Source of the DNA: Heteronotia binoei | Lineage: Eukaryota | NCBI RefSeq assembly: GCF_032191835.1 | Contig: NC_083232.1 | Coordinates: 682,001 to 746,000, forward strand | Direction: 5' to 3' | Length of the DNA stretch: 64,000 bases | Shown: in pieces, positions 1 through 12,700 of the stretch | Layout: each line of letters opens with the position of its first letter | Numbering within the stretch: position 1 is the stretch's first letter | The notes under the pieces: model-generated | What the model was told of the DNA's origin: nothing | Seen by the model: the letters and a program-made list of their open reading frames with translations, nothing else | Databases searched by the model: none | Made by a program: the position numbers and the translations under genes

Positions 1-3000
1 CATGTTGGTGGAAGGGCTCCTGGAGCGCGTGGAGGACCCGCCCCCTGCCAATGAGACGGTCGCCGTGGAGACCTTGGAGAGGGAAGCCAATGGTGGGTGC
101 TGGGACGGAGGGGACCTGCTGCTCTGGTTGAGGGAGGGCCATCCTCCGCAGAGTGGAAGCATTCTGAGCCCCTGGGCTCCCCAGGCCTACCCCCCCTCCT
201 TTCCTGGCACTCTGCTTGCCCCACGGGATGGAGAGAGATGCGGGAGGGGGGCTGCTGATGCCTAGAGGGGCTGGGCTCGGGCCAAGGGAGCCAGAGAGTT
301 TGTGTCCCTCCTGGTGTGTGTGTGAGCGGGGGTGGGGGTGTTCCCCTTGAGCGGAGGATTCAGCAGCAGCGAAGTGTTTGTGAGTTTCCTGCCTTGTGCA
401 GGGGGCTGGACTAGATGACCCTAGAGGTCCCTTCCAACTCTAGGATTCTTTGGAATGGCCTCAAGGTGGCTTCAGCAGGTGCCTGCGGAGGAGAGCACAG
501 CACGGGGGAGCCCTGGGAGCTGGGGCTGGGGGGAAGGGCAAGTGGAAATTTCCATTCCAGGCTGGGGCTGCTGAGCAAAAGAGCCCTCGATGACTGGGCA
601 AGCTGGGAAGAAGTTGGTCTCGGGGTTCAAGCAGGCAGGGGGGTGGGGTTCTGTCTGGGCACTCCAGCACAGCAGGGGACACCCCACTGTGCAGCCAGAG
701 GGGGCAGATCTGCCAGAAGCAAATGGAGCCCGGGCAGGGCATCCGTCGGAGGTGAGTCCTGCAGAGGGACCTGGGCAATCCCCTTCCCCCCAGCCCCCCT
801 GTCTCCTGGCCGACCAACACTGAAGTCCCTCTGCTCCTCCTCTCTCCAGGCCCCAGGCACTTGTGGGTCCCCGAGGGCCGCCTGCCCCCCTGCACGCTGC
901 AGCAGGCCCTCACCTTCTTCCTGGACATCAGCACCCCGCCCAGCCCCCAGCTGCTCCAGCTCCTGGCCACCCTGGCCGAAGACCCCGCCCACCAGAGGCA
1001 GCTGCAGCAGCTCAGCCAGGTAGGGGCAGGGAGGGCCTGGGCCTGGGAGGAGGGTCCTGGGGGGAGATGTTGAAGGGGGCTGAGAGCTGATGAAGTGGAG
1101 GCAGGGGTGTAGCCAGCCCATTTTGAGGGGGGGGGGGCACTGGGAAATCCTGTGGGGCAGGGAGCCAGGGGAAAGGGGGGGTGGGAGAAATAAGAGATTT
1201 GGATGCTGCCAAGAGAAGGGCTCCCCCACCTGCAGCCAGCAGAAGAGAAAGAGGACACATCGTTGGGGGCGGAAGGCTGCCGACTGCTCCACCCGCCCCC
1301 CCCCCCCATGGTTCTACTGGCTTCCTTAGCTACAGCAGTTGGGGAAGGAGGGGATGTCTGGCTCTGGCTCTCTCGCTCTTTTAGATTTTGCAATTTTGTC
1401 TTATTCTCCGTTTTTAAAAACCTGTTTATTTTTTGGCCTGGAAAAAAAGATGAGACTGAAGTTTCTCTTGACTTTGTCTGGGGTCATTTTGGAAACCCTG
1501 CGTGCATCTTCCATTTAAAAAATATTGTGTTTGAATTTTTCTGCAGGGAGTGGCACTCATCTGTTGGGGGGGGGCATTGTCCCCAGTGCACCCCCCCCCC
1601 CGTGGCTCTGGGTGTGAATGGAGGACCAGACAGCTGGCCAGAGAGACCCTCCAGCCCCCCTGGGCTCTGTGCTGTGTCTCTTCTTCCCACGAAGGGGGTG
1701 GGGGTGGGGGAGCTGCAGTTGTCTCCCCAGAAAGAGCATGGAGGAGAGGAGGAGGAGGACAGCCACTCTGGGCCCCCACTGGAGAGAAATCATGTCAGAA
1801 ACCAAGAGAGTGAGAGAGAGATTCTGCACTGATGCCCCATCTCTGGGACCGTCCTCCTCCCCTTGGACCGGGCTCAGTGGAGCCTCTCCGCTCCCCTTGG
1901 GACAGGCCTGTGGTCTGCTGGCTCTTTGGGTGGCGGGTGTGGATTCAGGGAAGGTGCTGGACTGCTTGGCTTTATTGTCCATCACCTCAGAGGCCCCAGG
2001 GAGAGGCAGAAAAGCAACACTGCACAAGAATGAAGCCGTGGCCCTCCGGGTGCACCATCCAGTGACGCGCTCCCCCCCCCCCTGCAGGATTCTCAGCTAT
2101 ACGAGGAGTGGAAGTGGTTCCAGTGTCCCACGATGGTGGAGCTCCTGGAGGCCTTCCCCTCAGTCACCCTGCCAGCCTCGCTGCTCCTCACCCAGCTGCC
2201 CCTGCTGCAGCCGCGCTACTACTCCATCAGCTCCTCGCCAGGGGCCCACCCTGGGCAGCTCCACCTCACCGTCGCAGTGCTCAGCTACCGCAGCCAAGGT
2301 GGCGGGCAGGGCGGGGCGGGGGAAGGGGCTGTCGGGCACAGGCAGGCTTGCAGAAAAATTGTGGCAGGGCGGGGAAGGGAAGGGCAGGAGGCAGACCTGG
2401 CAAGGCCCTCGGCAGAGCCCCCCCCCGCCCTGTCTTCTCACCTCGCTTGTCCCCCCTCTCTCCCACAGACGGGAAGGGCCCCCTGCACCATGGTGTCTGC
2501 TCGACGTGGCTTTCCCAGCTGGCACCGGGGGAGATGGTGCCCGTTTTTGTCCGAGGGTAAGGACCCTGTGAATTGGAGGCTGGGCTGCCACCAAGGGAAG
2601 AGGGGCAGGGAGCCCTCAGTCTCTGCAATCAGGCAGCAGCTGGGGCGGGGGGGGAGAGATGTGAACTGAAGGGGAGGGACCTGTGAATTTCCTGCATTGC
2701 ACAGGGGGTTGGACTAGATGAACCCGGGGTGTCCCTTCCAACTCTAGGATTCTATGATCCCAGCAGGAATTGGCTGTCTAGGAGAGACTTCAGCTCCCAG
2801 CATGCACTGTTCTCATCCTGGAAACTACAATTACCAGCATGCTTCTGTGCCACAGCGGGTACAGTCCCACTGGCATTAACTTCCTGGCACTTTTAGTGCC
2901 GCAGTGATGTTCCCTCCCCAGACTGCCTTCTGCAGGCCCCACTCCCGAATCCACAGGAATCCCCCTGCTAGAGTTGGCAGCCTTTGCTCACACACAAGGT

Positions 3001-6000
3001 GTCCCCCGAGCCTGCCGGCCTGCCAGAGAGGCAAATGCACCTGCTGACAGACCAGCAGGACAGATGAGGGGGGAGGGTAGAGGCAAGCCACCGGATCCCC
3101 AGGCCCCCCCCAGTGCCAGCCTGACCCAGCTGCCCTGCAAGTGAAAGCGAGAGAGGCGCTGCCTGCTGGCCTGAGCTGGCTCCGGGAACTGAGGCGGGGG
3201 ATAGAGGCCCAGGCCCAAGCAGCAGCTGGGGTGGTCTGCAGGGGGAGGGAGAGGAGCAAGTCTTCTCCCCCATAAAGCCCCAGCAGCCACCCACACAGAC
3301 AGATGCCCAAGGGAACCACAATGAGGAGGGCTTGGACCCCACCTGGAAAACACCTTCCATTGTAGCTGAAACCAGCGGCTCTGGAATGACCTGAGGGGTG
3401 TGAATGGGCCGGTCACGTGTACAAGGGAGGGGTGTTTTCCACAGAGGGGGAACATGCAGGTGAGGCTTTGACCCCTAAACTTCCCACTCTTCCACTTGCA
3501 GCTGCTGGAATGGCCTTGGCTCAGCCAGAGCTCTCATAGGAGTTGTCCTTGAAAGGGCAGCTGCTGGGAGAGCTCTCTCAGCCCTACCAAACCCAAACAA
3601 GCCTCCTGCAAACAAAATGACTGATAGACCAGGCAGGCCTCTGCTGAGTGGCTGGCCAGACTCACTCCAGGGCATCCCCAGGCGGCAGGTGGGGCTTCTT
3701 TGACTCCGGTGTTGCCAGGATAGATTCTGGCTTGGCATGCTGCATTTATGGCTTGTTGCTTAGCTGGGCAGTGAGGAAAACAGTTGCCGTGAAGATGTCT
3801 CCAAGGAGCTGGAATGTGGGTCACGGGTGGTGCGAAAACAGTGGGAGGAACGGGGCTGCAATGAGCACTGCACCATGAGCTCTGTCATCTCTAGAAGGGA
3901 AGCGCTGCTTTCTGGGAAGCGTAGTCACAGCAGGGGAAGTGCCAACCTCTGGGCAGGGCTTGGAGATCTCACTGAACTTCAGTTGATCTTCATATTAGAG
4001 GGATCAGCTCCTCTGAAGTAAAGGGTGGGCGCTCTGGCATTATGCCACACTGAGGGCCTTCCCGTCCACAAACCCCACCAAGTCTCCAGGAATTTCCCAA
4101 CCTGGAGTTGGCAAGCCTATCAACATGGCAGCAGGGTGCTACTGCCTGTGCCCCCTGGTTCGGGTCTCCTGCTTTGCTCTTCCGAGCCAGCTGGCTGGGC
4201 AGCAAGAACGGGCACACTGCACAAGGCCCCGTCCGGTGAGAAGCTGAGGTTGTCTGCCCTGGCCTTCCTCTGCAGTCTCCCTGGGTGGTCTCCCCTCCGA
4301 GTACAGCAGGCCCCCTCCCCTTCCCTCCAGGGCACACAATGCCCTCCCCCCCCCCACAAAGGAACAGACTCCCTCCCAAGCTGCGCTGCCCATTGCCTTC
4401 ACTCCTGGAGCAAACCTCCTCTCTCCGTAGTCACGGCTGCCCCCCACAAACCTGAAGGCGGGTCTCCTGCCAGGCAGTTCTCGGGATCTGCTTGCCACTG
4501 AAAGGCTCCGCCCAGTTGCTGTCTCTCCCACTTGGCTTATACTAGTTACTGCTGGGACAATTGATGGCACTTTTGCATTGTTAAGCTCTCGCACGCACGG
4601 GATGACCCACTGCCCACCCTGTTTGCCACTCTTTGGATAGTAAGACTGCAGCGGTGCAGTGTGCCTTGCAGTGACCCAAGTACCCACCGGGCCTAGCTGC
4701 CGAGATTTGGGGGTTTTGGCCCCTGTGTGACAGTGTTGGACTTGGATGGGTCATTGGCCTGATCCAACATGGCTTCTCTGATGTTCTTATAATCAGGCTG
4801 CAGGAATTCAAACTCTTAACAAGGAGAACAGGCTAGCAGGGGTAGGGATCAGTGGCTCTCCAGACGCTTTTTGCCTACAACTCCCATCAGCCCTAGCCAT
4901 TGGCCATGCTGGCTGGGGCTGATGGGAGTTGTAGGCAAAACACATCTGGGGAGCCACTGTTCCCTACCCCTGGTGGAGGATCTTGACGTTAGTTGCTAGG
5001 AAATCCTGAGCTTGCAGCACCGAGATTTCTGTTCCTTCACTTTTCAGACCGGGGACTTCTCCCCACTGTTCCCTGGCATGTGGCCAAGATGGAGTCCTGA
5101 TGTGAAGGTTTTGACTTCCATGGCTAAAGCCGCCTTCCTTGTGGCCTCGGAATTTAGAATTCCCCCTCAGAGAGTCCGGCCCGCTCTGGGTCAGCCCTGA
5201 TTTCCCTGCATCAAGAGGAAGAATATTCTGCAGCTGTTTTTGCCTTTCCCAGCCTTTGAGGGTGCAGCTGAGATGTTAGAGGGGGGAGCTTTTGTTCCGC
5301 TCTGGCCAAGGCTGTTTGCATAACTTGGGAGAGAACCCGCCCATCTCCTGTTGCCAACTAGGAGCTTGCAGGGGGGCCCCGTTGACAGAACTACTGGGGT
5401 GAATGGGGGGCCTTTTTTGTGCAGCATTCGTGAAACAGAGTGGGTTTTATTTTGGTCGGGTGAGCCGGAGCAGCCTCATTCAAGCTCTGTCTGGAGGCAT
5501 AACGCCAGGCCAGGGGCCTCCTCCAGTGCCCTTGAGGCAGCCTCCACCCCATCTCTTGTTGCTGGGAGCCCAGGCAGTAGGCATGGGCACTGGTGCTGGT
5601 TGCTTCTGAGCCCCAAGGCTGCCCCCCCCCACAACCTTCAGCAATGCTCCTGAGACCTCAGCCTCGCTGGACTGGAGGGTTTGCCTTTTGCACCTTGGGG
5701 GCCGAACTTCTGTGCTCCTTTTCCTCCCTTAGCGTTGGTTGAAAAGCCTCCAAAGAGCTTGGGACACCTTGCAGCCAGCACCCCCTTTTCTTCCCTTCTT
5801 GGATCTCCCTTGTAAAAGGAGCGCCAAAGTTCAGCAATCCGCCCCCCCCCCCATGAAGGTGCTGTTGTAGGGGGCTTCTATTAACAGCAACATTCGACCA
5901 CCCTGGGCCCCACTGACAGTCCTTACACGACCCCCCCCCCCCGCATGGGCTGTGAGGCCAGGCCTTTCTCCAAAGAGATGTGGGTTTTGCGCTGGGGACG

Positions 6001-8018
6001 AGGGCTGGCAGCCAGGTGGGAGATGGGGGTCTGCTGTCCAGGGGACTGGCCTAGCTGGGCTTGGGAGGGGGAAAGCAAAGTTCTTTGGACAATGCCAGAT
6101 TGGGGGGCACCTGCAGGGGAAATGCCCAGCTGATCTTTGACCAGTGAGCCTCTCTGTTTGCCCCACCCCCAGGGCCCCCAACTTCCACTTGCCAGAAGAC
6201 CCCTCAGCCCACTGCATATTAGTGGGGCCCGGAACTGGCATTGCCCCCTTCCGCAGCTTCTGGCACCACCGGCTGCACATCCTGGAGTCTCAAGGTAGGA
6301 CAGAGACCTGGCGGGGGGAGGCAGGCGCTGTGGGCCAGGAGCTGCTAAGCCCCGTTGTCCTTGCAGGCCTCCTCCTGAGCGAGATGACCCTGGTCTTTGG
6401 CTGCCGCTGCTCCCGCTTCGACCAGCTCTACGAGGAGGAGATCCAGGAGGCCCAGCGGAGGGGGGCCATCAGCCAGGTGCTCACAGCCTTCTCCCGGGAT
6501 CCAGAACATCCCAAGGTGGGGCGGAAGGAGCCTTTGCGCTCTCGCTGGGGGCCTGGACCCTCAGCTTTGGGGGGGAGGCCAGGAGCAGGGTCTGCACAAC
6601 CGGGGTGCTCCATTGGCCACCTGCAGCTTCATCCACCTGGCTGGAGGGCCACAGGCTGTCCAAGCAGGGAGAGGGTCAGAACACAGCTGGCCAGCCAGCA
6701 CTACCAAGAGGGGGGTGGGGGCAGCTCCCAGGGGGCACCAGTAGCTCTCACTCCTCCACTCCCCACCCCCAGCTCCCTCTGGCTGCTTCCTCCCCTTCTA
6801 CAGCATGCTTGCGGCACCTGAGCAACTGCAGACAATGCACTGGGGTTTGGGGGGGGGGGGGGTTGACCACCACCACCACCCCCGCCAAATTCAATTTGGA
6901 GGATTTCCCACATTTCTCTGCAAATCCAGGGTATCCCTCAATTCTGAAGACAGCCCCCTTCTCTGGACATTCTAGCAATTTACGGGGGGTGGAGTGGAGG
7001 AAGTCCAGCATAGATCTAGGACACTGGTGTTCCCAGTTAGGCCTCTCACAGTGCTGGCAAAGGGGGGGGGGTCCCTCTGAGTCCTCATAGCCCCTCCCCT
7101 TCCCCACGCTGCATGGCCTGCTGTCTTCCTGGTCCTTCACGATCCCCGTGTGAACGTCTCTCCTGCAAACTCCCTAACTGGCAGGCAGAGGCAAGTGCTC
7201 CCTCCCCTACCCCCGGGTGGGTGTGGACAGGTGACAGTCGCCCAGTAAGAGGCACTCTGCGCACGTTCAGCTCCGGACAGATTGTGGGGTAGACCAGCAC
7301 CTGCTCCTCTTCTCCCCCACCCCCAGACCTACGTGCAGGACTTGCTGAGGATGCAGCTGGCAGGCCGCGTCTGGGAGGTGCTGTGCCGGCGAGGCGGCCA
7401 CATGTACATTTGTGGTGATGTCACCATGGCCACGGGGGTCCTGCAGACGGTCCAGCAGATCTTGGCCACGGAAGGGAACATGTCACTGACAGAGGCTGGA
7501 GACCTCCTCAGCCAGCTTCGGGTAAGCGGCCCCCGCAGCCCAGATCAGAGCAGGTGGGGAGGACCCGCATTGCCCAGAGTGGGAGAAGAAGTCCTGGCAG
7601 GAGGGGCTGACAGATGGCACAGTCTGGCCACGAGGGGGGGAGGAAGGGCATCAGGGCTGCCAGCACGGGTAGGTAGTCGGGGGCTGCCAGCCAGCTTTGC
7701 GGGCTTCCGGGAGAAGGGGAGGGGTTCTCTTCCTTCATGTGAAGGAAAGCCCACTTGGTGGGGGGAGGGTGCAGGTCTCCCACCCAATTTCTCCTCCGTC
7801 GCAGGGCAAGAGGCTTCTCTCCCCCTGGGCCAGCTGCGCTAAGAGGCTGTCAGGGGGAAGCCAGACTGTCCCCTTTGCCCCCTCTGTCCTAGGACCAGAA
7901 TCACTACCACGAGGACCTCTTTGGCCTGACCTTCCGTGCCCAGGAGGTGGCCTCCCGCATCCGCAGCCAGTCCTTCTCTGTGCACATGCAGAAGACCGCG
8001 CTGGGCACTGATCCGTGA
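1..8018 (+). CDS. NOS3: Endothelial nitric oxide synthase, 3' part (reductase domain; last 8 coding exons, 5'-truncated by window edge)
   Basis: GT-AG exons 1-92, 850-1019, 2088-2298, 2469-2556, 6173-6294, 6367-6515, 7327-7521, 7893-8018 join in frame. They give [84 protein letters not shown] and RIRSQSF (eNOS-type Akt site). TGA at 8016-8018. Adjacency to ATG9B/ABCB8 favours NOS3 over NOS1/NOS2. Confidence 0.95.
376..449 (+). repeat. CR1 3' end
   Basis: GGACTAGATGACCCTAGAGGTCCCTTCCAACTCTAGGATTCT. Confidence 0.75.
2680..2757 (+). repeat. CR1 3' end
   Basis: GGGGTTGGACTAGATG...CCCTTCCAACTCTAGGATTCTATGAT. Confidence 0.75.
3922..4120. mobile_element. hAT-type MITE relic (GGTTGCCAAC-type ends)
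   Basis: GTGCCAACCTCTGGG ... GGAGTTGGCAAGCCT. Confidence 0.5.
4837..4972. mobile_element. Palindromic hAT-type MITE
   Basis: TIRs CAGGGGTAGGGA / TCCCTACCCCTG; internal inverted repeat CCTACAACTCCCATCAGCC / GGCTGATGGGAGTTGTAGG. Confidence 0.75.
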
Positions 8019-8057
8019 GCTCCTGTTTCCTACAGCCCACACTGCAGCCTGCCTCTC

Positions 8058-8063
8058 AATAAA
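8058..8063 (+). terminator. NOS3 polyadenylation signal
   Basis: AATAAA 40 nt downstream of the NOS3 stop codon. Confidence 0.7.
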
Positions 8064-8752
8064 ATATTTTGCATATCCACAGAGCACAAGATTATGCTGT
8101 TGGGGGCTGAGGGCCTTCTGGCTGGCCCTCCAAGGCTGGCGGGTGGGAGAACTTTGGGGTGAAGCGGGTGGAGGTGGGGCCGGCAGGCAAGGGGGGAGCT
8201 GGAGCCATCTTGGAGCGCACGCCTTTGGAGGGAGGGAGGGAGGGGGCAGCATGACAGCCATCACCTGCCCCCAAAAGTGCTGGCAGAGGGGCAGAATTCC
8301 ACAGTCAGCTGTGCTCCCCCAAGTAGCCGCTGGCAGGGGCCTGGCTGGGCCTGCAGACTGACCCACAGAGGAGCCAAAGGGGCCTGCGGGGGGGGGGCAC
8401 TTTCCAGGGGCTGAGGGAGATGCCCAGCCTGGGCTCCTTCTGGGGTCTGCCTTGCCCCCCCACCCCTAGGAATGCAAAGGGGGAAGCCACAGAGCTGCAC
8501 CCAACTCGCACTGACCCTGCCCCCTCCCCCTCCCCCACAACAGGGCCCCCAGCCTGCTCAAGCGCCAGCACGGGAGTCCTCCCCAGAGGGGTCTTGCAGC
8601 TGGCCAGACTGCCACCCCCAGGGGAGCAGCTGGGCCACTGCTTTTGCCTCCTCCCTGCCCCCCCAAGGCCAAACGATCCAGGAGATCCGCTCTTCAACAG
8701 CCCCCTCCAAACACAGGCTGCGAGACCCCACCATTAGCCACACCTGTAAACA

Positions 8753-8758
8753 TTTATT
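8753..8758 (-). terminator. Probable ATG9B polyadenylation signal
   Basis: TTTATT on + (AATAAA on -), about 1 kb downstream of the predicted ATG9B stop. Confidence 0.55.
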
Positions 8759-9767
8759 GTCCCAGAAGAGTTCCTGGGGTGGGGGCACCACAACACGCAG
8801 GGCCCCGCCCCGGGTGGCATCGGCAGCTCTGCGTAGGGGAGCACAAAGGGGAGGGGCAAAGCGAGGGATCCTGGCGCACCTCTCCCCTCCCCTCCCCTCA
8901 GCCATTTTGCAGGGGCCACAGGGAACCCTATAAATACAAGTAGCACCGTGAAGCCTAGTCTGGCCCGAGGAGGAGGAGGCCACGCACCCAAAGCGAGGAG
9001 GGGGCCCTGCTCCTGGCCACACCCACAACCGAGGCCGGGACAGCTGCAGCCCACTCTGGAGGGGGGTGGCATCGCCCTGCTGCACCACCACATGTCGCCC
9101 TGTTCCTGAGGCGGACGGGACGGTCCTGCTAAGGCAGTGCTGGCAGCTTCTGAGTGCCCGGAAATCTGGGGAGGCAAAAGGCAACGGAGTGAGGGGACAG
9201 GGCAGGGAGGGGCAGGGGGTGCTTGTGGCAGGGACCTCCCAACCCCACAGAAGGCCGAAGGCAAGGACAGCAGGACAGCCCAGCTGGATCCGGGCCACAG
9301 AGCAGCTAGCCAGTCCCTTTGGAGCTCCAACAAGAGGGTACAGAGGGCAAGGCCTTCCCCTGAGGCTGGCTCCAAGAGGAAGAGGTGGGTCTGGCCCACC
9401 TGGAGGTGGGAGAGGGGCTCCTGAGCACCATGTGTAAGGGAAGGGCAATCTCTCAGGGGGGAAGGGAGTGGCACAGCTCTTCCGTTTCCGACCAAGCAGC
9501 AGCCCCAGGGCCCCCCATTTTTCTCCTCCAAACAGAATCAGAGATCAACCCTGCCCAGTGGAGGGAGGGCAGAGCAAACAAAGGCGACCAAGCCTTGGTG
9601 AATTTCAGAGGCTGCAGACGGACGTGGAGAACGACGAGACCATCCTAAGCAGAGCTACACCCTTCGGAGAGTCTGCCGATGTCCGGGAGCTGAGAAGCCC
9701 TGCTCCGGCTGGGCTGCAGGGGAGGGGCACTTACACTGAGAGGCAGGGAAGGAGCCCGCGGGGGCTG

Positions 9768-12700
9768 CTAGCGTTTCTCCCTCTCCTGCTGCTGCGCCTG
9801 AGAGGCCTCGTTGGCTGCTGGCTCCTCCTCCCAGCCCCCGAGAGGCAGATCCTGGCTGCTGGGCCCACACGAAGAAGGCCTTGCAGGAGCTGCAGGCAAC
9901 AGGAGGTTGGGGGAAGGGGGCCGGGAGAGAAAGAAAAGATGATCAGCAAGACATAGGGGCATCCCAAGTTTCTGGTTAGGTGTGTGACAGCAGACTCCAT
10001 TGTGGTGCTGCCCCCATCCTTTATGCCTTTCTGGGAGGGACCCAGCCTAGGAACACAGAGGCCTGCCAGAGAAGAAGGGGGGGCAGGGGAGAGAAGCACA
10101 CCCTCCTAGGACTCCCTCCGTGTTCAGTGGGAAAGTTGAGAAAGTCTGAGAAGAACTGCAATTCCTATGTATTTTCTCCCTTTTGAAAGCAATGGAACGC
10201 TTTTCAAAATCTATAGCACGAAGGAATCTGAGAAAACACTGCAAAAATAACCCCTTCCATTTGCTTTCCATTTGGAAGCAGCGAAATGCATTCAGGCAGC
10301 GCAGGGGGCAACCTACTGGTTCGGTATTGGACGTATTTGCGGAGGCACTGACACTTTTAAATTCCATTGCTACAATTATTTATGCCAACTAAGCTGATTC
10401 ATAAATGGTTATGTTGTTACAAGCATAAAGCAGGTTTGTGAGGACATTCCCTCCCTCCCTCCCTCCCCAAAAGTCTTTCTCGGGGGCTTCAGAGTGTGCA
10501 GGGGCTGCAGGTCTCCCACCCAGGCTGAGTGCCAGAAGGTGCCCAGGGCAAGGCAGGCCACCGACAGACACCCTGGGAAAGCAGCAGCCTATGAGAGCCA
10601 AAAGGACCAGAAAGACCTTGTCTGAAGGGTTGCAGGCACTCCTGCAAATGTGCCCACTCCAGCCTGGCAGCCGGAACGGTGGCTCAGATGGCCTTTGGGG
10701 CACTCTGGCACCAGCCCCTCCAGCCTGCCGAACTCAGGCCTTTTGTCCCTCAAGGATCTGCCCTGAGCTGGGGGGGGGGGGGGCTCTCCTCCATTTGGTC
10801 CAAGCTGCCTCGGGCTGTCGCCTCCAGAGCACCCCGAGTGCTTGACCTGAGCACATCTCCCCTCCACCCAGGGCCCACCACCACTGACTCGTGGGCCAGG
10901 GCTTCAGCCAGAGGCTGGAATCTGGGGAGGGAAAAGCTGCCTCCTCCCACCCTCCCTCCCTCGTGCTGACCTGTTTGTGCTGAAGTCTGGAAAGGAGCTG
11001 GGCTGGGGGCAAGGGGGGGCGGCGGCGGCTGTTGCTGCTGTTGCTGGTGAAGCTGAACAAGAGCAACACGGAGAAGGCATGAGACCCACAATGCCCATGG
11101 CCCCCCACCACTACGGCGGGCTCTAGAAGAGGCCAAGGCCCCAACTGACACCCCCCCAGCTGCCCCCTAACCACTCACCTCATGCATGTAAATGGCATGC
11201 AGGCTCATCTCAGCGGAGGCAAACTCAGACAGCACAACAGAGCGGGTCAGGGGGGCCTGGCGGGACTCTGGGGGGGCCACACTGCAGGGCAAAGAGGAAA
11301 CATGGCCGGCTGCCCCCTGCACAACCCCTGCGTCTCGCGCCCACCCCCCACCCCCCAGAGAAGGGAAGAGAAGCAGGGCCACAATGGGCTTCAGGACACC
11401 TCCTCACCACACAGCCCCACAGGCAGCCGCAGGATCCGAGGTGTCACACAGGGGAAGGAGAGAGAGAGAAAGAGAGCGTGCTCAGGAGCAGTGATGCCTC
11501 CCTGCCTCCAGCCTGCAGCAGGGTCAGGACCAAGGTCAGCCCTGGTGCATCAGGCAGTCGGCTGCGTGTTTGGGGCAGATGCGCCCCCAGGATGACCTCT
11601 CCTCTCCTCTCCCCTGGCTCCCTGCCCTCCAGAGCACGTGCCGCCATACCTGTCCCCGAGGAGAGTGCTGTCGCTGCGATAGATGGAGTTCTCGCCCAGA
11701 GGAGGGTAGCTGCGCCGCGGCAGCTGGGAGCAGGACAGCGATGCCAAGATGCTGGCAGCTGCGCTGGCTGTGCCCCCTGAACGGGCCGGGAGGTGCCGCT
11801 CTGCCTGCGAGGCCAGGATGGGATGGGCCAGAACGCTGGCCAGGAGGGCATCCGGCTGCAGAGACAGGGGCAGGCTGAGCAGAGAAGCAAGGGGCCTCCC
11901 CAAGCTCTGCTCCCCCTCTTGGTAGCACTCGCGCTCACCATGCTGCTGGGCCCCTCGTCCGAGAGCAGGGAGGTGCTGAACGGGGCCTCAGCCAGCAGCC
12001 GCTGGGCGGGAGGGGCGTGGGCCGCGTCCTGCTGCACTTTCTCCTTGAGGTGCCCAATGAAGAGGGAGCTCTCCGGCGGAGGCTGCCAGCGCGGGTTGGT
12101 GATGGCAAAGTGGACAAGCGACAGCTCTGTCTTGCCGTTCTCCGCCTGCTGGTACACCGAGGCCTCGGTCCGGCCCTGCGACAACCACTGGCAAGAGGAG
12201 GGAAGGGAAGAAGAGGAAGAAGATACTGGATTTATATCCCGCCCTCCCCTCCAAAGAGTCTCAGAATCTCCTTAATCCTCCTCCCCCACAACAGACACCC
12301 TGTGAGGTGGGTGGGGCTGAGAGGACTCTCCCAGCAGCTGCCCTTTCAAGGACAACCTCTGCCAGAGCTCTGGCTGACCCAAGGCCATTCCAGTAGCTGC
12401 AAGTGGGGAGTGGAGAATCAAACCTGGTTCTCCCAGATAAGAGTCCGCGCACTTCATCACTACACCAAACTGGCTCTCCAGAGGGCTGCGTTTCCAATGG
12501 CCCTGGGGGCTCCCCGCCCAAAGGCCAGCTCCCACAAGGAAGGACCCCAAAGCCTCAACACAGGGAGGGGCAGCCATGCACCCCCCTCTCCTTGGCGGGG
12601 GGGGAGAATGGTGGACAGCCCCAAGAGACCACGCAGTAAGCTCACTGCCTGGCCTGGAGTGGGCGGCCCTCAGCCCCGTTTCCCCAACCCAAAGCTGCAT

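Noticed and set aside
10120-10440. AT-richer island in the last coding intron of ATG9B
   Set aside because: No repeats, termini or motifs I could recognise; probably an old TE fragment.
10847-10921. Extra phase 1-1 ATG9B exon
   Set aside because: It would need a 49-nt upstream intron and a weak GTCAAG donor, and has no recognisable homology.
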